NCBI GenBank assembly: GCA_964016885.1
Contig: OZ024740.1
Coordinates: 419,554,001-419,618,000, forward strand
DNA: 64,000 nt
Direction: 5' to 3'
Source: Eledone cirrhosa
Lineage: Eukaryota
Under the pieces are notes generated by a model. It searched no databases. It was not told the DNA's origin and worked only from the letters and a program-made list of their open reading frames with translations. Position numbers and translations under genes: made by a program. Below, one piece after another: positions 25,260-37,000 of the stretch (its first letter is position 1; every line of letters starts with the position of its first letter).

Positions 25260-25522
25260 TTAGCCATACCATCTGTACCAGGTGTCTTCAACTTGCAGGT
25301 CATGTCATAGTAACCTCCCATCCATTAGCCATACAATCCATGTCAGGTGCCCCCCTCCCCATTAACCATACAATCCATGTCAGGTGCCCCCCTCCCCATT
25401 AACCATACAATCCATGTCAGGTGCCCCCCTCCCTGTCAACCATACCATCCATGTCAGGTGCTCCCCTCCCTATTAGCCATACCATCCATGTCAGGTGTCT
25501 TTGACTTGCAGGTCATGTCATG
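25260..25522. repeat. 37-bp short tandem array, about 5-6 units
   Basis: CCATACAATCCATGTCAGGTGCCCCCCTCCCCATTAA period; flanking repeat ACTTGCAGGTCATGTCAT. Confidence 0.8.
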
Positions 25523-25737
25523 AGAGGCAACGAACCTGCTACAAAACTTCTACTATGGGAGCCTATTAATGTGAATCACAAACATGGAAGACCTCTTAAG
25601 ACATTAAAGATAGTCAGAGGAAGATACAGGATTATCTGGTGAAGAACTGAGGCAGTTAATGTTGGATTGTGTGGGATGGAAAGGTTTTATCATGTCACTG
25701 CAAAGAAGTGAATAAATTCATTATTGTTGTTGCTATT

Positions 25738-25738
25738 G

Positions 25739-25777
<39 letters not shown>

Positions 25778-26376
25778 ATGGTGGTGGGGGTAGTAGTAGT
25801 AGTGATGGTGGTGGGGGTAGTGGTAGTAGTAGTGATGTTGGTGGGGGTAGTAGTAGTAGTGATGGTGGTGGGGGTAATAGTAGTAGTAGTGATGTGGTGG
25901 GGGTAGTAGTAGTAGTAGTAGTGATGGTGGTGGGGGTAGTAGTAGTGATGGTGGTGGTAGTGGTGTGTGTGGGGGGGGGTAGTAGTAGTAGTAATGTGGT
26001 GGGGGTACAGTCCAACATAAAATTGCAGACATTATGCCAATGTTAATAGTAGTGACCATCTTGGAGTTGGTTTTAGTAGTAGTGGTGGTGGTGCTGGTTG
26101 TTGTTGTGGTGGTGGTGGTGGTTGTTATTGCGGCGGTGGTGGTGGTGAGGATGATGATGGAGGTGGTGGTGATGGAGATGGTGGTGGTGTTATTGATGAT
26201 GATGGAGATGGTGGTGGTGGTAGTGGTGAGGATGATGATGGAGGTGGTTGTGGTGGTAATGATGATGGTGGTGATGTTAATGATGATGATGATGGAGGTG
26301 GTGATGGTGATGATGATAGAGGTGGTGATAGGGGTTTGGATGGTGATGACGGTGATGGTGGTGGCTGTAGTAATGA
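25738..26376. repeat. (AGT/GGT/GAT)n low-complexity tract
   Basis: Direct inspection. Confidence 0.9.
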
Positions 26377-27540
26377 CAACGAAGTCTACAACACTGTTAG
26401 CAAGAGAATCAGACTTAATGTTGCTTTATGTGACAACAGTTTTCAGAACATCCAGTAAATGTTAACAGCAAAATACAAGCAAATTTGTAAATAACTGAAT
26501 GTAATAGTTTGTTTTGATTCCAGGAGCAGCTGTTTTCACTTCACTTACATTGATAACAACTTTAGAGAGGAGGACATATTCTCATTTCCTCTACAAAAAA
26601 CATCTTTTCTGGGTATGAATTGATTATGATTAAGCTATGAAGGTTGCTGAAGGGTAGCTTCAAGGAAATGACATAGGTATCGTGTGTTAAACATATTACA
26701 TAAATCTGAAATATGCTGCTTCACAATCAAGTATGATGGATTAGTGAGAATTCAATATAAAATTATGCTTGAGGAAATGAGAGGGAGAGCATGTGTGTGT
26801 ATCAGAAAAATATGTAGAAATTCGATGTGCGTGTGTTAGAGATGGAGAGAGAGAGAGAGGGGGGGAGAGTGTCTCAGTGTGTGTGTGTGTAAAATATATA
26901 GAATTCTGTGGTGCGTGTGTGTGTTTGAGAGAAAGAGAGTGTGTGTGTGTAACAGAAAATATGTATAATTCCGTGGTGTGTTTGGGAGAGAGAGAGGTTG
27001 AAAGAAAGAAAAGGTTCAGATTAGAATGAACAGTGTTCCACACTGTAAAGGTGGTTAGTGTTATCTCACATAATATGGAATCCATGAGATTTTGATATTA
27101 TTTATTTTGAGAACAATACCTTAACATAAGTATGAGCAGCCAGTTTGAACAGAAAGAAGTGAGAGAATTCTGGCTGGCTACGGCCAGTTTAAATGCTAGA
27201 GGCTTAAGAAAGGTTCTTGCATAAAATTATGGTGGAAGGTTTTAAGATAAATATAGATACTTTAAAATAAACATAGAATCAGGGGCAGTTTCAGACAGTT
27301 TGCTATGAAAAAGGTTAAGTTACTCACCATTTATGATACATTTACAAATCAGTTTACTATCAAGAAGATATATGTTTATTTAGTTAACACATAAAAGAAA
27401 TAGGTACACATGCATATATCTGTTCATTTTACTGTTTGTGATCTTTAGGAATTTAAGGTGGAGACTAACTAGATAGAAGAGCTGAGATAATGACTGTTAA
27501 GTAAAAACAAAATAGAAACATCATCTTTCAGAGTCATACA

Positions 27541-27780
27541 TAATAATAATGGTTTCTTATATAGGCATAAGGCCAGCAATTTTGGGGGAGGGGAAAGTCG
27601 ATTAAATCGACCCCAGTGTGTGACTGGTACTTTATCGTGACTGGTACTTTATCGACCCCGTAAGGATGAAAGACAAAGTTAACCTTGGTGGGATTTGAAC
27701 TCGGACCGTAAAGGGCTGTAACTTTACACTGCAAAGCATGGCATCCGACCCTCTACCGATACTGCCAATCCACCGCCCTT
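27541..27780 (-). mobile_element. Deu/Nin-domain SINE
   Basis: Reverse complement of the 22942 family, with an internal 17-bp duplication. Confidence 0.8.
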
Positions 27781-27789
27781 ATATATATA

Positions 27790-28462
27790 TAATAATAATA
27801 ATTTCTTTATTAGCCACACAGGGCTCACATTAAGGAAACATTAAAGATGATACAGGATGATAGTGTGGGTTTTTCTTTGTGTAAAATAAAATTTATAAAA
27901 GAGATTTTAAGAAAAACATTTAAAACAAACATAACTTCCCCAAAGTTGAGGGGACTCTTAAGGGTAGAAATTCCACAAAATCCACGGTCACCCTCTCCGT
28001 TAGGGCAAAGTGCTCTCTCCCAGTCTTTCTACTCCAATCTACAGGTGTATGCTGAAGGCAGGCCCATTCACACAGAGCATACTCACCACTCTCACCCACC
28101 TTTCAATAAACTGGTTGGAAGGCAGCACTTCCCTCTCCATCCTCATTTTCCTCTTCAAATTAAAATCTAAAGTTAATCAGGGCTTCGCCAAAGAGGAAGA
28201 TGGCTGTCTTCAACCTTGTCCACCACACAACCTCTTTCGCCATGGCCACCAGGCAGATAAAAACTGCCTGTCCTTCCCCTCTAAAGGAGGAGGATGCAGC
28301 GATCTTCACAATGGACTCAACTGATAGTCGGATCCGTCCTATATGTGACAGTAGGGGCTCGACATAAACCCACAGGTCAGCAATATTTGGACACTCGATG
28401 AGTTCTTGCAGAACAGTTTCATTGCCCCGCGCACACCTCGGACTGGCCCGATTGATGGCACT
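27790..28462 (-). mobile_element. Tx1/L1-clade LINE 3' fragment
   Basis: SPRCARGNETVLQELIECPNIADLW (decayed CCHC knuckle) and AKEVVWWTR; (ATT)n tail at 27790. Confidence 0.65.
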
Positions 28463-28475
28463 TCCAAAATAACAA

Positions 28476-28999
28476 AAATAATAAAAATTATTGTGTACAG
28501 TGCTCAGGTGCACTACAACGCATCAAAGGTGCATGTATAGTATATAGAATAATATACAAATAGGGAAGTGAATAGTGTATAAGTCATGATATACATGTGT
28601 GTGTGTGTGAGTATGGAGGTGGAATGTCAGGTGTAGTGTTGGCGAATTTCAGGAAGTTTTGAAGGATGCAGTGTCCTGACAGCTAAGAACCGATGCAGGT
28701 AGTTTGTTCCATGCTTCAGTAACTCTGAGCATGAAGAAATGTTTCCAAAAGTTATGGGAGTTGTACTGTTTTCTGATTCTGTAAGCATGTCCACAGGTGT
28801 TAGACACATGGAATTCAAAAAGGTGCCCAGGGTTGTTGTTGGAAAGATGGTTAATAATCTTGTGGGTGTCTACTAAGTCAGTTGCCAGAGGTGTGAGCTT
28901 TAATGTATCCATACCCAGGGAAGCAAGGCGTTCAGAGTATGGTAGATGCCTGATGGAGGGTATTCGTTTGGTTGCACATCTCTGAACAGTTTCCAGGAG
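28476..28999 (-). mobile_element. CR1/L2-group LINE 3' fragment, older
   Basis: LETVQRCATKRIPSIRHLPY...FFMLRVTEAWNKLP. Confidence 0.85.
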
Positions 29000-29487
29000 A
29001 TATACTCCACCATTCTCTTGTGTTGCAACACAAACATTTCCTTTTGAATTAAAGTAAATACAAATAAAAGTCATAAGAATATCATTCATATGTTCTATGA
29101 AAAGTAAATATTTTAGAATCATCAACTCTAATCTCACAAATATCTCAGAGATTATAATACTATATATACTTTTTAATTAGTCTTTCTCGTTAACATTAAT
29201 GTAATAGTTTAGAATTTCATTTTGGTTTACTTTTTACTTTTTCTTAGTTGCTAATATTTAAATTGTTTGGGTTTTTTCTTTCTGAAGTTCTGTTCGTCTA
29301 AATGAGCTGCATTTTGTATGTTTTTTTAAGAAATATAATTCATTAGTTCTGAGAAATCAATACAAATTCTGTTCAAATTTCCAATAATATTTCTGTTCAA
29401 ATTAGTTAGACTGTTCCCTTTATAAGTTCTTTTTGTCCTATATGTTCTTCAATTTGTCAGTAGAATTAAATATTTGGCAACTGAGTC

Positions 29488-29702
29488 TTAACCCTTTAAC
29501 ATTTACATTACTCTATATATACTATTGTATTTTCGTGGCAAATGCTTTATCTAACATAATATTGAATCTATGAGATTTTGATGCCATTATTTTGAGAACA
29601 ATACCTTAATATCAGTATGAGTGGCCAGTTACAGCTGGTTTGAACAGACAGAGGTGAGCGAATTCTGTCCGGATACAGCCAGTTTAAATTCTAAAGGGTT
29701 AA
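29488..29702. mobile_element. piggyBac-type MITE
   Basis: TTAA-CCCTTTA...TAAAGGG-TTAA; opposite orientation to 16252. Confidence 0.75.
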
Positions 29703-30178
29703 GGTGCTTTTTATTAAAAAATTATTTGCTTATCTTGTTTTATGAAAAGCCATATATTTTTCCTAACTTAGAACCCTTTCTGTTTCAAAGACCCAAAAGG
29801 CAGTAAGTGTAATCAAATTTGGACATATGCTAAGACTAGAAACTAATCATGTTATAAGCTAGCTGAAGGTTAACTTGTTTTGACCAGTGAAATATTAACA
29901 AAATAAAATTTAAAAAAATATGAATATTGCTGTAACATTTCACAAAGTTAATTCACTATTAATTAATAATTCATTAGATTAGAACTAAATTTCAATTTTA
30001 CAAAATATAAAAACACCTTTTATTCTATTATTCACATATCAAATTTTAATAACATTTTATTGTTTAAATAAATTTAATTTATTTCTGATTTCATTTCATA
30101 TTTTTTAAAATTATTATTTGGGAAGTTTACTGATAAAGGGAAATTTATCTTGATAGTGATATATATATGTGGTGCTAT

Positions 30179-30575
30179 ATCATCATCATCGTTTAACATC
30201 CATTTTCTACACTAGCCTGGGTTAGACAGGTTGTTCCATTTGAGGCAAGTTGGGTCAGGTGACTGTGTCTTGCTCATATAGGACAATTTCTGGCTTGGTT
30301 TCTACAATTGGATGCCTTTCCTAATACCAACTACATTTACAGTGTGTGCTGGGTGCTTTTTGTTGTGACACCTACACAACCACTTTATAGTGTGGACTGG
30401 GTGCTTTTTGTTGTGATAGCAACACAACAACTTTACAGTGTTAGAGTGGTGTGAACAGAAGTGGGTGTTGTGGCATGGGAGGTGTATGAAAGGTATAATG
30501 GTTAAGAGGTGCCTACTAGATGTATGTTTCAGTCTCTATTACTACATAATGCCAAAGATCTTTATCCTGTGTCAT
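30179..30575 (-). mobile_element. Old RTE-type 3' UTR relative
   Basis: GGATGCCTTTCCTAATACCAAC...TTTACAGTG motif and (CAT)n tail. Confidence 0.55.
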
Positions 30576-30593
30576 TGTTTTTGATAAATGTGT

Positions 30594-31638
30594 CATCATC
30601 ATCATCATCATCATCAACGTTTAACGTCCGTGTTCCACGCTTGCATGGGTTTGGACGGGGGTAGTCCCACTTGAGGCAAGAGTGATTGTCTTGCTCGCAT
30701 AGGACTGTCTGGCAGGTTTTCTACAGTTGGATGCCCTTCCTAACACCAACCACATTTACAGTGTGGGTCTGGGAGGTTTTTACCGTGTTGCCTACACGGC
30801 CATATTACAGCGTGGACTGTGTGTTTTTTGTCGTGACACCTACACGATCTCATTTGTTTCGGCCTCGATGGCGCGGCACCAACATAACTTTACATAGAAC
30901 GGGGTGGTGTGGATGGGGTGGGGGTGGTGGTGGTGGGACGGGGTGTATTTTGTTAGAGATGCCTACTGGCTGGAGTAGGTTTTACTATATATTTAGGTAA
31001 GGCGGGTCTTCTCTGTTACTGAGTACCGCCAAAGGTCTCGGTCCAGTGACAATGTCTTGGAGAGGTGTAAGTGTGTGATGTCGGAGTTTATCAGCTCGTC
31101 CCAGGTTTTTCTAGGTCTGCCTATTCCGTGACTACCGTCTATCTTTATTGCCCTGCACTTTGTTATACAGCTATCGACTTTCATGCGCATCACGTGTCCA
31201 TACCAACGTAGCCTTCTCTCGAGTAAACAACATCTGATCCCTCTTATCTCTAATTTTTTCCTTAGTTCGTTTATGCTTTGCCGTTCACGTATATTACTGT
31301 TACACATCCAGTGGAGCATGCAAGCTTCGTTCCTCTCTAGTCTGCGTATATCCTCTGCACACAATGCCCAGGTCTCACTGCCATGCAGCATTGCTGTTCG
31401 TATGCAGGCATCGTACAACCTGCCTTTCATTTTTAGTGAGAACCCTTTAGCAGCTAATAGTGGTATAAGCTCTCTGAACTTTTTCCAACCAGTTCTGACT
31501 CTAGCTACAGTACTTTCAGAGCACCCTCCCCCACTGCTGATTTTATCGCCCAGGTAACGGAAGCTGTCCACTATTTCTATAGAACCCTCTGCGCAATTGA
31601 AAGAGCTAGTATTTTGTGGGCACTTGCTGCTACTACTC

Positions 31639-31640
<2 letters not shown>
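30594..31640 (-). mobile_element. RTE subfamily B 3' fragment
   Basis: ORF 30993-31640 FRYLG...LHGSETW...[10 protein letters not shown]...GRPRKTW; near-identical to the 3' part of 57652-60027. Confidence 0.92.
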
Positions 31641-31674
<34 letters not shown>

Positions 31675-31678
<4 letters not shown>

Positions 31679-31790
31679 GAGGTTGGTGTTAGGAAGGGCA
31701 TCCAGCTGTAGAAATCAAGCCAGAATCAGTTCCCGTCCCACCCTTGCAAGCAGGGAAAAAGCGGACGTAAAATGAAATGATGATGATGAT
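31675..31790 (+). mobile_element. 3' tail of the RTE-tailed SINE
   Basis: Matches 51219-51328. Confidence 0.75.
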
Positions 31791-31895
31791 ATGTATATGT
31801 AGCACTATCCATAGATGTTAAAAGGAAAAAGGAAAACAGTACTTAATTGAGAAGAGAGCAGAAATGTTATATTATTTATTTATAAACTCGTATTA

Positions 31896-31979
31896 GCACC
31901 TGAAGAAAGGTCACTATGTTGATGCTTTTTGTTTTCTGGAGGTATGGTCAAATTGGTACCTTGAAACCTTAGGTAGTGC
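31896..31979 (+). ncRNA. Type I hammerhead with 56-nt stem II domain, canonical core
   Basis: GCAC CUGAAGA AAGGU...ACCUU GAA ACC-UUA-GGU A GUGC; AATAAA at 32002, then (TA)n. Confidence 0.75.
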
Positions 31980-32260
31980 CTTTGTTCCTTGTATAAAAAC
32001 AAATAAATATTATATATATATATAAAGTATTTAGTTGTTGAATTGCCAGTCTGTGGAGCAGATTGATACTGGAGTTGGGTCCACAACTTCTATGGGTGAC
32101 CCTGAGCTGTCCTCTGTGAAATGTGTGTAACAGGTTGATACACAATAAAAAATTTAAATACACGCAAATGAAACTTTATCATTTTTCTTAATATATACAC
32201 TCTGCCTGTGCATCTAGTGGTCATTTTGGTACCACCACTAGTAATTCTCTGAATCACATA

Positions 32261-32295
<35 letters not shown>

Positions 32296-32495
32296 CACAC
32301 ATATACACTGCAAATGTGTTTGGTGTTAGGAAGGCATCCAGCTGTAAAAATGCCACCCAAAATACAGTTTGAGCAAGTTACAGCACGGCCGACTGGCCAA
32401 ACTTGTCTCATAACGTGGACGACCTACTTTACCCATGCAAGCATGGAAAAATAAACATTAATTGGTGATGATTATATATATATATATATATATAT

Positions 32496-32984
32496 ATGAT
32501 GATATTCAAGGAAAAGTTAGCAGTCCGGCAAAGACAGGAAATTATTTCCTCAAACTGGATTGCATTGGAAAAGCTGTATCAATTTGTATACTTGTATATA
32601 CAACTGAAAAATGAATCACCAATTCCACCCTGCCTGTCCCTTCAATCTATCTAATTTCCCATTCTTTCTTCTGATGAAGAACTAGCATCTGAAACATTAA
32701 GACACTCTTCCTGCTATTTCAAGCGTTAACCTAATATATTCCTTCCATATACTGTACCGGTTCTGTTGTTATTTCTGTCTTAACATTTCGGGCGCTAGTC
32801 TTTCGTCAGAAGAAAGGATGAGAAATTAGAAAGATTGAAGGGACAGGCAGGGTGGAATTGGTGATTCATTTTTCAGTTGTATATACAAGTATACACATTG
32901 ATACAGCTTTTCCAATGCAATCCAGTTTGAGGAAATAATTTCCTGTCTTTACCTGACTGCTAACTTTTCCTTGAATATCATCAT
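32496..32984. mobile_element. Inverted pair (~208-bp arms) of an HHR-bearing non-coding unit
   Basis: 32496-32704 is the reverse complement of 32776-32984; each arm ends in a decayed minimal HHR (32667-32702 plus, 32778-32813 minus). Confidence 0.8.
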
Positions 32985-33504
32985 CTCATATTAAATAACT
33001 TACATCATAGTTTGTTGTAACAAAACATATAATTGCTTTGGAATGATAATAGTTCTAATTAATCATATGCTAGATTAATTTGTGAAATTCTAATTTTCAA
33101 ACTATTTAAAATCAATATTTTCTAAACAAATCATGGAACTATTCTAGTGAAAGGATGATGCCAATTTCTAATCTCTTCAATTAAAATCAATTGCAACATT
33201 TAAAATTATTATATCTCTTTTCTTTTTTTTTTTTTGTCATAATCTTTTCCATGCTACCCATACTAATATTAAACAAAAACTTGATATCGTGGTGAAAACA
33301 AAGATTTTATTCAGAAATTTCCTCATCAAATGATATAACAGTTCTGAGAAATTATTATTATTGTTTTTATGCTTTGATTTTATAGTTTTGGACTACTGCT
33401 TTGTCTAATTGTTCATGTGTTGCTAGTTAGCAAGTTACTGAATAACACATTTTTTACTAGATCATTTGATCATGTCCCTTGCAATATATAATTACCGTAT
33501 ATAC

Positions 33505-33817
33505 TTGAAGCTGAAGCATATGGACAATATGCCCCCTGCCCCTCCCACTGCAAAGTGGTCGTGGAGGTGCCATGGCAAAAAAGCACCCAGCCCACACTGT
33601 AAAGTGGACGTTTAGGCGCCATGGAAAAAAAGCACCCAGCACTCACTGTAAATGAGGTTGGTGTTAGGAAGGGCATCCAGCTGTAGAAACCAAGCTAGAA
33701 TCAGTTCCCATATGAGCAAGACAAGGTCAGCCGACTGGACACTGCCCACAACAGGACAACCCGTCTAACCCATGCTTGCGTGGAAGAACGGACGTAAAAC
33801 AGTGATGATGATGATGA
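33505..33817 (+). mobile_element. RTE subfamily A 3' UTR fragment
   Basis: Reverse complement of about 53269-53570. Confidence 0.8.
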
Positions 33818-34065
33818 CTTGAATATAAGGTGATTTGAATATGTCAACCCCTTATATTGTGTCTGAGAAATAGGCAAAAATCCAAACCCCGTTTATAAGA
33901 TGTGCCAGCTAATCAACACAATATGTTCAGATGGTGCAGTTTAGAAATTCTCAAGAGTGGAGAATATATTTATGAAGTTTTAATATTTTGATATTTAAAA
34001 TGTTTTAAATGTCGTAGTGTATAGTTTTTGTTTCACAACTCCTGTATGTAATGATTTTTTTAACC

Positions 34066-37000
34066 ATCCTATGTGGTCCACCTTATGATGAGTAACATCC
34101 TATGTAGTCCACCTTATCATGAGTAACATCCTATGTAGTCCACCTTATGATGAGTAACATCATATGTGGTCCACCTTATGATGAGTAACATCCTATGTGG
34201 TCCACCTTATGATGAGTAACATCCTATGTAGTCCACCTTATGATGAGTAACATCCTATGTAGTCCACCTTATGATGAGCAACATCCTATGTGGTCCACCT
34301 TATGATGAGTAACATCCTATGTAGTCCACCTTATGACGAGTAACATCCTATGTGGTCCACCGTATGATGAGTAACATCCTATGTGGTCCACCTTATGATG
34401 AGTAATATCCTATGTGGTCCACCTTATGATGAGTAACATCCTATGTGGTCCACCTTATGATGAGTAACATCCTATGTGGTCCACCTTATGATGAGTAACA
34501 TCCTATGTAGTCCACCTTATGATGAGTAACATCCTATGTGATCCACCTTATGATGAGTAACATCCTATGTAGTCCACCTTATGATGAGTAACATCCTATG
34601 TGGTCCACCTTATGATGAGTAATATCCTATGTGGTCCACCTTATGATGAGTAACATCCTATGTGGTGCACCTTATGATGAGTAATATCCTATGTGGTCCA
34701 CCTTATGATGAGTAATATCCTATGTGGTCCACCTTATGATGAGTAACATCCTATGTGGTCCACCTTATGATGAGTAACATCCTATGTGGTCCACCTTATG
34801 ATGAGTAACATCCTATGTAGTCTACCTTATGATGAGTAACATCCTATGTGGTCCACCTTATGATGAGTAATATCCTATGTGGTCCACCTTATGATGAGTA
34901 ACATCCTATGTGGTGCACCTTATGATGAGTAATATCCTATGTGGTCCACCTTATGATGAGTAATATCCTATGTGGTCCACCTTATGATGAGTAACATCCT
35001 ATGTGGTCCACCTTATGATGAGTAACATCCTATGTGGTCCACCTTATGATGAGTAATATCCTATGTGGTCCACCTTATGATGAACCACATCCTATGTGGC
35101 CCACCTTATGATGAGTAACATCCTATGGAGTCCACCTTATGATGAGTAACATCCTATGTAGTCTACCTTATGATGAGTAACATCCTATGTGGTCCACCTT
35201 ATGATGAGTAACATCCTATGTGGTCCACCTTATGATGAGTAACATCCTATGTGGTCCACCTTATGATGAGCCACATCCTATGTGGTCCACCTTATGATGA
35301 GTAACATCCTATGTAGTCTACCTTATGATGAGTAACATCCTATGTGGTCCACCTTATGATGAGTAACATCCTATGTGGTTCACCTTATGATGAGTAATAT
35401 CCTATGTGGTCCACCTTATGATGAGTAACATCCTATGTGGTGCACCTTATGATGAGTAATATCCTATGTGGTCCACCTTATGATGAGTAATATCCTATGT
35501 GGTCCACCTTATGATGAGTAACATCCTATGTGGTCCACCTTATGATGAGTAACATCCTATGTGGTCCACCTTATGATGAGTAATATCCTATGTGGTCCAC
35601 CTTATGATGAGTAACATCCTATGTGGTCCACCTTATGATGAGTAACATCCTATGTGGTCCACCTTATGATGAGTCACATCCTATATGGCCCACCTTATGA
35701 TAAGCCACATCCTATGTGGTCCACCTTATGATGAGTAACATCCTATGTAGTCCACCTTATGATGAGTAATATCCTATGTGGTCCACCTTATGATGAGCCA
35801 CATCCTGTGTGGTCCACCTTATGATGAGTAACATCCTATGTGGTCCACCTTATGATGAGTAATATCCTATGTGGTCCACCTTATGATGAGTAATATCCTA
35901 TGTGGTCCACCTTATGATGAGTAACATCCTATGTGGTCCACCTTATGATGAGTCACATCCTATGTGGTACACCTTATGATGAGTAACATCCTGTGATCCA
36001 CCTTATGATGAGCCACATCCTATGTGGTCCACCTTATGATGAGCCACATCCTATGTGGTCCACCTTATGATGAGTAACATCCTATGTGGTCCACCTTATG
36101 ATGAGTCACATCCTATGTGGTCCACCTTATGATGAGTAATATCCTATGTGGTCCACCTTATGATGAGTAATATCCTATGTGGTCCACCTTATGATGAGTA
36201 ACATCCTATGTGGTCCACCTTATGATGAGTAACATCCTATGTAGTCCACCTTATGATGAGTAACATCCTATGTGATCCACCTTATGATGAGTAACATCCT
36301 ATGTAGTCCACCTTATGATGAGTAACATCCTATGTGGTCCACCTTATGATGAGTAATATCCTATGTGGTCCACCTTATGATGAGTAACATCCTATGTGGT
36401 GCACCTTATGATGAGTAATATCCTATGTGGTCCACCTTATGATGAGTAATATCCTATGTGGTCCACCTTATGATGAGTAACATCCTATGTGGTCCACCTT
36501 ATGATGAGTAACATCCTATGTGGTCCACCTTATGATGAGTAACATCCTATGTAGTCTACCTTATGATGAGTAACATCCTATGTGGTCCACCTTATGATGA
36601 GTAATATCCTATGTGCTCCACCTTATGATGAGTAACATCCTATGTGGTGCACCTTATGATGAGTAATATCCTATGTGGTCCACCTTATGATGAGTAATAT
36701 CCTATGTGGTCCACCTTATGATGAGTAACATCCTATGTGGTCCACCTTATGATGAGTAACATCCTATGTGGTCCACCTTATGATGAGTAATATCCTATGT
36801 GGTCCACCTTATGATGAACCACATCCTATGTGGCCCACCTTATGATGAGTAACATCCTATGGAGTCCACCTTATGATGAGTAACATCCTATGTAGTCTAC
36901 CTTATGATGAGTAACATCCTATGTGGTCCACCTTATGATGAGTAACATCCTATGTGGTCCACCTTATGATGAGTAACATCCTATGTGGTCCACCTTATGA

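Noticed and set aside
21934-26465. Pro/Thr/Val/Gly-rich ORFs (also 2661-3238)
   Set aside because: Trinucleotide low-complexity tracts open in several frames on both strands.
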